From a virus (Duplodnaviria > Caudoviricetes): DNA of 64,000 nucleotides. This document shows positions 35,216 to 45,158 of the stretch, piece by piece (within the stretch, counting starts at the first letter, position 1; the number at the start of each line of letters is the position of its first letter). The translations under genes were made by a program, and so were the position numbers. Location of the stretch: IMG/VR virus record IMGVR_UViG_3300027759_000044. The stretch is one strand, 5' to 3'. Below the pieces are notes generated by a model. The model did no database searches, had not been told where the DNA came from, and was given only the letters and a program-made list of their open reading frames with translations.

Positions 35216-38200
35216 ATGGCATTAACATCTCCAGGCGTAGAAGTAACGATCATTGACCAGAGTCAATATCTTCCAGCCCCAACGAATTCCGTCCCACTTA
35301 TTCTATTAGCAACAGCGCAAAACAAAGCTGATGCATCTGGAACAGGTATAGCAGCCGCAACAACGGCCGCTAACGCAAATAAACTATTCCAAGTAACAAG
35401 TCAGAGAGACTTAGTAAACTTATATGGTACACCATTCTTCTATACAACGACAAATGGTACACCAATACAAGGTTATGAGTTAAATGAATATGGATTGTTA
35501 GCAGCCTATAGTACATTAGGTGTAACAAACCGTTGTTATGTTTTACGTGCTGATATTGACTTAGCTAGTTTAGTTGGTCAAACAGGCCGTCCAACTGCGA
35601 ATCCAGCTGCCGGAACATATTGGTTAGATACTACTACAAGTACATGGGGTATCTATGAATTTAATCAGACTACCGCACAATTTACACTACAAACTCCGAT
35701 TGTTATTACAAATGCGAGTGATTTAACTGCAGGTGTACCAAATAGTAGTATTGGAAATATTGGTGATTATGCTGTAGATGCTATTCAAATTACTACTTCA
35801 GCCGACGGAACTAATAGAACATATTGGTATAAAACAACATCTAATGTTTGGGAATTTTTAGGAAGCCCTGAATGGAGATCAGATGTCCCTGCTATTCAAG
35901 GCACAAATTCCAATCCAACATTAACAGCCGCTAATACATTTACAATTAATATGTCAGGTATAACAGGAGTAACAGCAACTATTACAGTTCCGGCATCAAC
36001 TAATAATAATGTAGCAGGTGTTGCTGCCGCAATTAATGCTTTAGGATGGACAGGATTATCTGCTGAAGTACGTAGTGGTAAATTATGTTTATTTAGCAAT
36101 CAACGTGTTACTTCCGGTACAACAAGTCTTGTTATCGCAGCCGGTACTGGAACAGTTCTTACTGATATAGGCATTACTGCAGGAACATATAATCAACCAG
36201 TACTCGGATATGGCACAAGTGCTCAAATGCCATTATGGGGTAGTAATCAAACTACTCCTAGACCAACAGGTTCAGTATGGATTAAAGTTGGTTCAGCCGG
36301 TACTGGATTAAATCCAGTATTATCTGTATTTAATGGTGCAACACAATCATTCCAAGCTAAAAATGTATCATTAGCAATAAGTGATTGGGTAGCAACTAAT
36401 AATTTAGATGCCACCGGTGGACAAGCTATTCCAGCTGGTACAATATATGGACAGTATGCATATAATCTTACAGGAACGAACCCAGGAAGTCCTGCTCCCT
36501 TTTACATGTGGGAAAGAATTGCAACTGGCCCAACAGTAATTACTGGTTCTAATACAACTCCAGATTTTACAGCTGGTTCATATTATATGAATGTGTATGT
36601 ATCAATACCCGGAAGTTCCACATTAAGTTCAGCTTATCAATTTACATTAGCAGACAATACTGATGCCACAGATTTTGTTACAGCATGGGCAGCCGCTAGT
36701 ATACCTTATACAACAGCAAGTGTAACTACTGATGGTGCTATACAATTAACACATACTACCGGTGGTGAAATTATATTAAATGATTTTGTAAATAGTGCAT
36801 TTACAAATATCAATGTATCTAATGGTTTAATAGCAGAAGCTGGATTTGAAATTAATACAACACCTGGTGTAAAGTACGGGCCTGCATCTGAGCCTGCATT
36901 TACTGGATTGGCACAAGGATCTAGTTCAGGAAGCGGAACTGGTGCTACATTTAATGTTAATATTTTACCGTCTGTTAATTATGCAATGGTAGGTGATGGA
37001 GTTCAAGCCGGTGGCGCCAGTTATGCTGTAGGTGATACTGTTACTATATTAGGTACTAGTTTAGGCGGAGCTACTCCTGCAAATGATCTAGTTGTTGAAA
37101 TAACATCAGTTTCCGCTGGAGCGGCAACATCATGTACATACGTATCAGGTACACCAGCATCAAACTTTACTACACAATTAAGTAACTGGGTTGAATTTAC
37201 ATATATTGCCAATGAAGGTGAGCCAAATATAGCTCCTGCTAATGATACAAATTGGTTCTACAGTGTAGTTGACCAAGTTGATATAATGATTAACTATAGT
37301 GGTGCATGGTATGGTTATGGTAATAGAGATTATGACAGTAGTGGTTTTCCGCTACCAAGTGGAACCAATGTAACTGATCCTAACGGACCATTGATTAGTG
37401 CTACTGCACCATCAGTACAAAGTGACGGAACTGTATTAGAATACGGTGATATATGGATTGACACTAGTGACCTAGAAAACTACCCAGTAATTAGTCGTTG
37501 GCAAAGTGTTAGTGGTACCGATCAGTGGGTATTAATTAATAATACTGACCAGACAAGTAGTACTGGTGTAGTATTTGCTGATGCACGTTGGTCAAGTGAT
37601 CAAGATACTATTAGTCCAGTAGATGATCCTATCCCAACAATTGTTAGTTTATTAACTAGTAATAATCTCGACTTAGATGCTCCGGATCCAACACTATATC
37701 CATCTGGTATGTTGTTATTCAACACACGCCGTAATGGTTATAATGTAAAACAATATAGATCCGACTATTTCAATAGCACAGATTTCCCAGATGAAACATT
37801 ACCTACATTTACTGATACTTGGGTAACAGTAAGCGGTAATCAAACAAATGGTAGTCCATATATGGGTCGTAAAGCACAACGTGCAATGGTTGTTCAATCA
37901 TTGAATGCTGCAATTGCTACTAATACAGCAATACGTGATGAAGATAATTTCTTTAATTTACTTGCAACACCTAACTATCCAGAACTACAACCCGGTATGA
38001 TTACATTGAATAATGATCGTGGTCAGACTGGTTATATTTTAGGTGATACGCCAATGAGATTACCAGATGATGCTACTGCAATTCAAGCATGGGCCAATAA
38101 TACAGCAGGTGCATCAAGTACAGGTGAAGAAGGTCTAGTAAACCGTGATACATATATGGGTCTATTCTATCCTAGTGGATTGGCAACTGACTTGCAAGGT

Positions 38201-38806
38201 AATCAAGTCGCAGTACCCCCATCATATATGATGTTGCGTACATTCTTGCGTAATGATACTATCAGTTATCCTTGGTTAGCGGCAGCAGGTACTCGTCGTG
38301 GTACAATTGACAACGCATTAAGTATTGGATATATTGATAGTGCTACCGGTGAGTTTATATCAATCAAGACTCGTTTGGGTATACGTGATGTATTGTATAT
38401 TAACTTCATAAACCCATTAGTATTCTTTACTGGTGTTGGATTATTGAACTACGGTAATAAGACCAGCTTTAATAGTTCAAGTGCATTAGATAGAACAAAC
38501 GTTGCTCGTTTAGTTGCTTATATTCGTAGACAATTAACATTAGCGGCAAGACCATTCGTTTTTGAACCTAATGATTCATTAACACGTAATCAAATTGCAG
38601 GTGTTGTACAAACATTGATGGTTGATTTAGTTGCTAAACGCGGTCTATATGATTATCTTGTAATTTGTGATGAAAGTAACAACACACCAGCAAGAATTGA
38701 TAGAAATGAACTTTGGATTGATGTTGCGGTTGAGCCTGTTAAGGCAGCTGAATTCATCTATATACCAGTTCGTATATTGAACACAGGCGAGCTTGGTGGA
38801 CAATAA
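35216..38806 (+). CDS. gp18: Contractile tail sheath protein with large insertion domains
   Basis: SPGVEV, LFQVTSQRDLVNLYG, YPWLAAAGTRRG, INPLV, LDRTNVARL, FVFEPND, AAEFIYI. Confidence 0.95.
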   Translation: MALTSPGVEVTIIDQSQYLPAPTNSVPLILLATAQNKADASGTGIAAATTAANANKLFQVTSQRDLVNLYGTPFFYTTTNGTPIQGYELNEYGLLAAYSTLGVTNRCYVLRADIDLASLVGQTGRPTANPAAGTYWLDTTTSTWGIYEFNQTTAQFTLQTPIVITNASDLTAGVPNSSIGNIGDYAVDAIQITTSADGTNRTYWYKTTSNVWEFLGSPEWRSDVPAIQGTNSNPTLTAANTFTINMSGITGVTATITVPASTNNNVAGVAAAINALGWTGLSAEVRSGKLCLFSNQRVTSGTTSLVIAAGTGTVLTDIGITAGTYNQPVLGYGTSAQMPLWGSNQTTPRPTGSVWIKVGSAGTGLNPVLSVFNGATQSFQAKNVSLAISDWVATNNLDATGGQAIPAGTIYGQYAYNLTGTNPGSPAPFYMWERIATGPTVITGSNTTPDFTAGSYYMNVYVSIPGSSTLSSAYQFTLADNTDATDFVTAWAAASIPYTTASVTTDGAIQLTHTTGGEIILNDFVNSAFTNINVSNGLIAEAGFEINTTPGVKYGPASEPAFTGLAQGSSSGSGTGATFNVNILPSVNYAMVGDGVQAGGASYAVGDTVTILGTSLGGATPANDLVVEITSVSAGAATSCTYVSGTPASNFTTQLSNWVEFTYIANEGEPNIAPANDTNWFYSVVDQVDIMINYSGAWYGYGNRDYDSSGFPLPSGTNVTDPNGPLISATAPSVQSDGTVLEYGDIWIDTSDLENYPVISRWQSVSGTDQWVLINNTDQTSSTGVVFADARWSSDQDTISPVDDPIPTIVSLLTSNNLDLDAPDPTLYPSGMLLFNTRRNGYNVKQYRSDYFNSTDFPDETLPTFTDTWVTVSGNQTNGSPYMGRKAQRAMVVQSLNAAIATNTAIRDEDNFFNLLATPNYPELQPGMITLNNDRGQTGYILGDTPMRLPDDATAIQAWANNTAGASSTGEEGLVNRDTYMGLFYPSGLATDLQGNQVAVPPSYMMLRTFLRNDTISYPWLAAAGTRRGTIDNALSIGYIDSATGEFISIKTRLGIRDVLYINFINPLVFFTGVGLLNYGNKTSFNSSSALDRTNVARLVAYIRRQLTLAARPFVFEPNDSLTRNQIAGVVQTLMVDLVAKRGLYDYLVICDESNNTPARIDRNELWIDVAVEPVKAAEFIYIPVRILNTGELGGQ

Positions 38807-38814
38807 TAAAATAT

Positions 38815-38834
38815 GATACCCCGGAGGGGGTATC
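38815..38834 (+). terminator. GC-rich hairpin after the sheath gene (possible terminator or stabiliser)
   Basis: GATACCCC-GGAG-GGGGTATC; weak T tract. Confidence 0.5.
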
Positions 38835-38871
38835 TATTTAAATAGATAAATATTAATAACAGGAGAAAAAA

Positions 38872-39507
38872 ATGGCAACAGGGTCACAATCATTAGTTAA
38901 CATGACAGTAGCAGGAGATAACTCTGGTGGAAATCAGGGTTTACTAATGCCCAAATTACAATATAGATTTAGAGTTAACTTTTTAAATTTAGGTACTAGT
39001 GCTTCTACTAACGAGTTGACTAAGCAAGTTATTGACGTAACTCGCCCATCAGTTAGTTTTGGAGAAATTACTATACCAATTTACAATTCTACTATGTATT
39101 TGGCAGGCAGACATGAATGGCAACCTTTGACAATAAATGTTAGAGATGATGCATCAGGTAGTGTTGCTAAACTAGTAGGTCAACAATTACAAAAGCAAAT
39201 GGACTTTCTTCAACAAGCTAGTGCAGCCTCTGGACAAGATTATAAATTTCAAACAGACATTCAAATATTAGATGGCGGCAACGGAACATCAACGCCGGTT
39301 GTGTTAGAAACATGGGAAGTATATGGTTGTTTCTTGCAGTCTGCTAATTACAATAATTTAGGATATGGATCAAATGAAGTTGTAACTATACAACTGTCAA
39401 TTCGCTTTGATAATGCACTACAAACTCCTTTAACAACCGGTCTAGGTATAACAGTTGGCAGAACAACGCAGACTTTAGTAACCGGTATTGGTTCTGGTAC
39501 AACGTAA
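38872..39507 (+). CDS. gp19: Tail tube protein
   Basis: PKLQYRFRV, RPSVSF, AGRHEWQPLTINVRDD, W..YGCF; follows the sheath gene. Confidence 0.88.
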   Translation: MATGSQSLVNMTVAGDNSGGNQGLLMPKLQYRFRVNFLNLGTSASTNELTKQVIDVTRPSVSFGEITIPIYNSTMYLAGRHEWQPLTINVRDDASGSVAKLVGQQLQKQMDFLQQASAASGQDYKFQTDIQILDGGNGTSTPVVLETWEVYGCFLQSANYNNLGYGSNEVVTIQLSIRFDNALQTPLTTGLGITVGRTTQTLVTGIGSGTT

Positions 39508-39517
39508 TTATTAATAT

Positions 39518-40690
39518 ATGGCAGGATTCTTTCAAAATTTAGCAACAGACGCGGCAGCAGGGTTTTTTGCCAACGACTATCTACGTGATTATACTCACGC
39601 TAGTAAAACATTTATACCCAATGCATATCAATATGCACCTAAGTTTAAATTTCTATTCCATGTTTATTTTGAAATAAATCCAACCGTATACTCACTTGGT
39701 GCGTCGTCCGATCCAAATTTGGATGCAAACTTTGGATTAGCAGTTAAAACTGTAAAAATACCAAGCTATAGTTTTGACACACATATAATGAATCAATATA
39801 ATCGTAAACGTATTGTACAAACAAAAATTAAATATGATCCAATAGATATTGTTTTTCATGATGATAATGGCGGTTCAGCATCAAGTCCTACAGGCGGCGG
39901 AATAATTCGTAACTTGTGGTATAACTATTATACATATTACTACAAAGATGCAACTAAACCTGTAAATTCAAGTAACTACAATACACGAAATATTTACGCA
40001 AAATCTATTACCGGCAATACCGATTGGGGCTATATAGGAGAAACAGGAAATACAGTTAACGGCTATACTGAAACTAGTACCGGTCAAACTAAAATTCCAT
40101 TTTTTAAAAATATTACCATATATGGATTTAATCAACGTAATTATGTAGCATATACATTAATTAATCCAATGATAACTAGGTTTGCACATGACACTTACGA
40201 TTATTCACAGGGTAATGGTACTATGGAAAATTCTATGTCTATAGATTATGAAACAGTAAAATATTTTAAAGGTGCAATGAATGGTAAAAATCCTAGTAAT
40301 AAAGTTCCTGGATTTGGATTAGATCAACATTTTGATTTGACAACAAGTCCCATTGCCAGACCCGGTAGTCAAGCTACTATTTTAGGTCAAGGTGGTTTAG
40401 TAGATGGAGGAGAAGGAATACTTAACGATTTGACTCCAGATGCAGACGGTAACAGAAACATATTAGGTGCTATACAAAAAGCAGGGGTAACTTATAATAC
40501 TCTTAAAAATATGAATTTGAAACAAGCTGCCAAAGCTGAGATAACTAAAGGTATTACTAATGCTATTATGAACCCACTAAATAATACTGGAAGAAATAAA
40601 ATATTTAATATACTCTCATTCGGTTCTACACCAAATCCACCAAATTCTAGCTTTGCTGGTGTAACTCCTCCTGATATAAGTGCAGGGTGA
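39518..40690 (+). CDS. Tube-fold baseplate / tube initiator protein (gp48/gp54-like)
   Basis: VKTVKIPSYSF...NQYNRKRIVQTKIKYDPIDIVFHDD is a tube-like pattern. Confidence 0.6.
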   Translation: MAGFFQNLATDAAAGFFANDYLRDYTHASKTFIPNAYQYAPKFKFLFHVYFEINPTVYSLGASSDPNLDANFGLAVKTVKIPSYSFDTHIMNQYNRKRIVQTKIKYDPIDIVFHDDNGGSASSPTGGGIIRNLWYNYYTYYYKDATKPVNSSNYNTRNIYAKSITGNTDWGYIGETGNTVNGYTETSTGQTKIPFFKNITIYGFNQRNYVAYTLINPMITRFAHDTYDYSQGNGTMENSMSIDYETVKYFKGAMNGKNPSNKVPGFGLDQHFDLTTSPIARPGSQATILGQGGLVDGGEGILNDLTPDADGNRNILGAIQKAGVTYNTLKNMNLKQAAKAEITKGITNAIMNPLNNTGRNKIFNILSFGSTPNPPNSSFAGVTPPDISAG

Positions 40691-40696
40691 TAAATT

Positions 40697-41059
40697 ATGG
40701 CAAGAATTATAGACGACCGAACTTCACTTGATTTAACCGTTAAAATATTTGACGATTTCTATGCATTTAATATGGTAGTAAACGGAAATGAATTTGATAT
40801 TGTTAACGGTTATTTTAAAACTGTATGTGATACTAAAGCTATTGCTGGTAATTTTACAACATTTCTATTCAGAATAGCACAAGAGACAGGTATACCTGTA
40901 TTAGATTTACTAGGACAAATTCAAGGCACCGGTAGTAAATTACAAATGAATCAAGTTATATCATACTATTTAAACAGTTTTAAATCTAAAACAAGTTTGT
41001 ATGGTACAAGTACAGTACCACAATCTACTCAACCGGTAGCACGTAATATAGTGCAATAA
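40697..41059 (+). CDS. Hypothetical protein
   Basis: 120-aa ORF in the tail operon. Confidence 0.75.
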   Translation: MARIIDDRTSLDLTVKIFDDFYAFNMVVNGNEFDIVNGYFKTVCDTKAIAGNFTTFLFRIAQETGIPVLDLLGQIQGTGSKLQMNQVISYYLNSFKSKTSLYGTSTVPQSTQPVARNIVQ

Positions 41060-41061
41060 TC

Positions 41062-41499
41062 ATGGCAAAGTATGCTCAAGGTACATTTGTCCCAAAAAAT
41101 ACTGAAAAATATGTAGGTAAACATACCCCTAGGTATCGTAGTGGTTGGGAACTAACATTTATGACCTTTTGTGACAATAACAAAAATGTATTGTATTGGG
41201 CTAGTGAGGCGATAAGCGTACCATATCGTAATCCATTTACCGGACTACCAAAAACATATATCCCTGATTTTTTTGTAGTTTATCAAAATAAACATGGTAA
41301 AAATATTGCTGAGATAGTTGAGATTAAACCTAAAAAACAAAGTCTTATAGAGAGTAAAGTTGCTAACGCTAGAGACAGAATGGTAGTAGCAATTAATCAT
41401 GCTAAATGGCAGGCTGCAATGGCCTATTGTAAACATCATGGATACACCTTTAGAGTCATAACTGAGGATGATCTTTTCTATAATGGGCGAAGCAAGTAA
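41062..41499 (+). CDS. gp4: Head completion nuclease, gp4-like (TnsA-N fold)
   Basis: PKNTEKYVG..YRSGWE..F...WASE...PY...YIPDF...EIKP matches T4 gp4. Confidence 0.88.
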   Translation: MAKYAQGTFVPKNTEKYVGKHTPRYRSGWELTFMTFCDNNKNVLYWASEAISVPYRNPFTGLPKTYIPDFFVVYQNKHGKNIAEIVEIKPKKQSLIESKVANARDRMVVAINHAKWQAAMAYCKHHGYTFRVITEDDLFYNGRSK

Positions 41500-41511
41500 C
41501 TAAATACTTGT

Positions 41512-41994
41512 ATGACAAAAAAATTAAACGAATTATTTGAGTTACCACAAGATGAAATAGATAGCTTGCATTTTCCTATTCCAGAAAATGCAAATGAAAT
41601 AACAACTGATGCATTAAGCGCATTAGAAAAGATTGACCATGCATTACCGCAAGTTCGTGGATTGGAAGCGAGTGATACAGAACTAGATGAATTAGCACAA
41701 ATGGCTGTTGATAGTTTTAAGGATCTAAGTGATTTGGGAATGCAAGTTGATAGTAGATTTTCTAGTGAAATTTTTAGTGTAGCAAGTAATATGCTTGGTC
41801 ATGCTATCACAGCTAAAACAGCAAAACTTAATAAAAAGTTAAAAATGATTGATTTACAACTTAAAAAAGCACAATTGGATCAGAAATTAGCTAACCAGGC
41901 TGAGGAGATAGAAAACACTCCTGTCGGTGAAGGTAAAGCACTAGACCGTAATGAGTTGTTAAAGATGTTGGCTAGTAAAACAAACGACCAATGA
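41512..41994 (+). CDS. Possible terminase small subunit (gp16-like)
   Basis: Helical with SEIFSVASNML and a coiled-coil KLKMIDLQLKK; position next to gp4. Weak recognition. Confidence 0.45.
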   Translation: MTKKLNELFELPQDEIDSLHFPIPENANEITTDALSALEKIDHALPQVRGLEASDTELDELAQMAVDSFKDLSDLGMQVDSRFSSEIFSVASNMLGHAITAKTAKLNKKLKMIDLQLKKAQLDQKLANQAEEIENTPVGEGKALDRNELLKMLASKTNDQ

Positions 41995-42020
41995 TAAATA
42001 CATAATACAGGAATAACGCA

Positions 42021-42650
42021 ATGAAAAGCCTAAAAACATACATAACCGAAAGTCTTAAAAGTTACAAATATACTATAAAGATTGCTGGTGACGTGGATAA
42101 AAACTTTATAGATATGTTTAAGTACAATCTAAACAAGTTTGATCCAATCCGAATCAGTGATCCAACAAAGACTCCTATTCAGAAAGATCCATATGGATTT
42201 CCTAATTTAGCAAATCAATCAGTAACTATTATTAAAGCTGACTTTAGATATCCAGCTACTGAACCAATGATTCAGCAGATTGCTCAACTATTGGGCTATA
42301 ATGTTAACATGGTTCGTGTTATTACTACTGATTATAATGATAGCATTAATAGTGAAGCTGAAGGCTATGCTAATGAGATGAAAGATAGTCCGATACTTAC
42401 ACATGAAGAAATGGGTGAGCAGCCTGGTGCTAAAGAAGCTAATAAAGCATATGGTGATAGTTATTTAACTAGCATCAAAGACCAAATGAAGGGTTCAACA
42501 ATTGATATTCCTTATGCAGGTCAAAAGACTCCTAATGCGTTTGATCCGTTCAAACCATATTTGGATGATAAGAAATTAGGCGATAAGAGTCCAATGAGTA
42601 CTATTACTCGCCCAGCAAAGCCAGCAACTGGTGCAAGTGCATCTAAATAA
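42021..42650 (+). CDS. Hypothetical late protein (MKSLKTYITE N-terminus)
   Basis: Late motif at 41993; N-terminus resembles T4 internal-protein targeting peptides. Confidence 0.75.
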   Translation: MKSLKTYITESLKSYKYTIKIAGDVDKNFIDMFKYNLNKFDPIRISDPTKTPIQKDPYGFPNLANQSVTIIKADFRYPATEPMIQQIAQLLGYNVNMVRVITTDYNDSINSEAEGYANEMKDSPILTHEEMGEQPGAKEANKAYGDSYLTSIKDQMKGSTIDIPYAGQKTPNAFDPFKPYLDDKKLGDKSPMSTITRPAKPATGASASK

Positions 42651-42663
42651 AAGGAATATTAAA

Positions 42664-45063
42664 ATGAATATGTTAGATTTAATGAACAAAATGACCCAGC
42701 TTAGTGAAGCAAAAGAAAAAACTAAAACTGGATTAAAGCATACTGCTGAACCCGGTGGCTATGGTCGCAAAGATGACGAAGATGATGAAGGTCATAAAGT
42801 TAAAGCCGATGCCGTGAAAAAAGGAAAAGGTCGTCCTAAGAAAGATGCTGACGATTCAGGTGAAACTAAAAAGTATGACTTTAGTGCATTTGGTGTTAAG
42901 TCTGGCAAAGATGTTAAACTACCTAAACATGATAAAAAGAAAACTACAGTAGTTAAAGGTAAATCACAAAGTCATGCCGATAACAAAAAAGATGATGGCA
43001 CTGATCCTGAGACTAAAGATAAGAAAAAAAGTCTAAAAGAATATTTTGACGCATTAGACAGAGCGATAATGAATGAAGATGGTTATACAACTGCACCAAT
43101 GCCGGGCGCTGTTCAAGTTAAAGATGCGTCTGGTAAAGTTGTTGCAACTGCAAAAAACCCACAAGCTGCCGCAGCCTTTAAAAATGGTGATGTAACTCTT
43201 GGTAATCCAGAAGAAATGAATGAAGGTGACGGTGGTGCTATAGGTGATTTACCAAAACAAACAAGTCCAGAACAACCGTATCAAGTACCATTTGGTGCAG
43301 ATACTAATTTAGTATTTGCACGGGGTAAACGAAGTGGGTTACACTATGCTATGATGCGAGGCATGCTTAGTGATCCTTGGTACTTTAAATTTAACGGTAA
43401 AGTATATTCAATATCAGACAACGGTGATGGTATACCAAAACCAATTGAGCAAGGTATGGCAGAAGCCGATCAACCGTCTAATCAGATGGATATGGGTGCT
43501 GGATTGGGTGCTGGACGTAGCCAAGCAACATTTGAAAGTCGTGCTAAAGCTGATAACAAAGCTGAAAAAGCAGGTAAGAAAGTTACTAAAGACTTAGAAT
43601 ACGATATGAAACATAAAGGTAAAGATGACGAAAAAGCTTTGAAGGCTGGCAAGAAAGTTACCAAAGACATTGAGTATGATGAGAAACATAAAAAGACAGT
43701 AAAAGAAGCGGCTAAGCCTGACTTCCCGGATATTGACAATGACGGCAATAAAAAGGAAAAAATATCTCAGGCAGCACAAGACGCTAAAAGAGATAAAAAG
43801 AAAGTGAAAGAAGGTATGGAACATAAATTAAAAGCAGCTCGCCATACAGGTAAAGCACATGCACTATCTAAGCAAGGATATAACTGTGGTTATGATGATA
43901 TGGAAGAATCAAGACATTATCACGAAGGCTACAAAGAAGGTCTAGATGAGTGCTACGGTCAAATGCCAATTCAAGGTTATGTAGGCGAAGCAAATAACGA
44001 AGTAGCTGATATGGCTAGTTACGGAGCTCACACACCTGAATTAGACGAAATGGATAAAACTTCTTACATGAAGCAACAAGCAATTAAGACTCCGGGCAAT
44101 ACATTTAAGGCATTTGGTCAAACTTTCAAAGATAAAGAAGTAGTAGAAAGTCCATTCGCTTTTGAAGCATGGGAACAAGAATTGAATTCTATCCTAGAAG
44201 GCAAAGATGTTACTGAAGGTATGACCGTTTCTATCAGTAAAGGTCAACAAGGTACTCCTGATTCAGTAAGTGTTTCAGCACAAGATAGTGAAGCTGATCA
44301 ATTATTAAGTATCATTAAGCAATCAGGATTAGGTTTGTTTGGCGGTGATGATGCAGGTCAAACTCAGGGAACACAACCAATGACAGTTGATGGTGGTGAA
44401 GGCCCACAAGCTAATATTGAAGTAGTTGACGACCATGATGATATGTTATCATTAATTCGTAAGATGACTGGTCAAGGTCCTGCACAAGCAAACGGTGATT
44501 ATGAAGAAGAAGGTGGTCATGAAGGTCATGGCCATGAAGACGAAACGTGTGAAAGTTGCGGTGGCATGATGGAAGAAGGTCATTCATGTGGAGAAGCTGT
44601 TGAAGAAGATGAATCAATGGATCAGCGTGAATATGAAGTTGCCGAAGACCAGAGTGGTGGTGATGACTCTGAAGAATCCGATGAAGTTAATAGCGATGCG
44701 GTACGTGATGCCTCACTAGCAACAGCCGCTGGTCAAAGTTTTGCTAATACTGATGCCCCTATTAAAGAAGGTGGTGACGGCGGCGAAGCTTCAGATGCAG
44801 GTGCTGACGGTGTAGATATTGCTGATGTAGCTGATGAAACTGAAGAAGATTTAGAAGAATCATTAGCTAATGGTGCAGATGATACATTTGAGTCTGATAT
44901 TGACTTTATGACTAAAGTTATTTCAGGTGGTTTAAACAAGCAAAAATCTACTGGTCAAACAACAATTCCAGTTGTTTCTACACAAGTAAATCGTTTAGGT
45001 AATCCGATGAGAGAATCTAATGATTTGTTAAAGGATTGGCGCAAATTAAGTGGTATTAAGTAA
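42664..45063 (+). CDS. Large, charged, low-complexity putative internal head polyprotein
   Basis: Start re-called to MNMLD (RBS AAGGAA); many hydrophobic-x-E motifs; DIDNDG; C-terminal WRKLSGIK. Confidence 0.65.
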   Translation: MNMLDLMNKMTQLSEAKEKTKTGLKHTAEPGGYGRKDDEDDEGHKVKADAVKKGKGRPKKDADDSGETKKYDFSAFGVKSGKDVKLPKHDKKKTTVVKGKSQSHADNKKDDGTDPETKDKKKSLKEYFDALDRAIMNEDGYTTAPMPGAVQVKDASGKVVATAKNPQAAAAFKNGDVTLGNPEEMNEGDGGAIGDLPKQTSPEQPYQVPFGADTNLVFARGKRSGLHYAMMRGMLSDPWYFKFNGKVYSISDNGDGIPKPIEQGMAEADQPSNQMDMGAGLGAGRSQATFESRAKADNKAEKAGKKVTKDLEYDMKHKGKDDEKALKAGKKVTKDIEYDEKHKKTVKEAAKPDFPDIDNDGNKKEKISQAAQDAKRDKKKVKEGMEHKLKAARHTGKAHALSKQGYNCGYDDMEESRHYHEGYKEGLDECYGQMPIQGYVGEANNEVADMASYGAHTPELDEMDKTSYMKQQAIKTPGNTFKAFGQTFKDKEVVESPFAFEAWEQELNSILEGKDVTEGMTVSISKGQQGTPDSVSVSAQDSEADQLLSIIKQSGLGLFGGDDAGQTQGTQPMTVDGGEGPQANIEVVDDHDDMLSLIRKMTGQGPAQANGDYEEEGGHEGHGHEDETCESCGGMMEEGHSCGEAVEEDESMDQREYEVAEDQSGGDDSEESDEVNSDAVRDASLATAAGQSFANTDAPIKEGGDGGEASDAGADGVDIADVADETEEDLEESLANGADDTFESDIDFMTKVISGGLNKQKSTGQTTIPVVSTQVNRLGNPMRESNDLLKDWRKLSGIK

Positions 45064-45080
45064 TTAATATTACTCAAAAG

Positions 45081-45107
45081 TGCCCGGCTTTAGTCGGGTA
45101 TTTTTTT
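45081..45107 (+). terminator. Rho-independent terminator
   Basis: GCCCGGC-TTTA-GTCGGGT followed by T7. Confidence 0.85.
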
Positions 45108-45158
45108 GGCTATAGTGTTTGTAAAAAAACGATAAATACTAAATAAGGTGATATAGAT

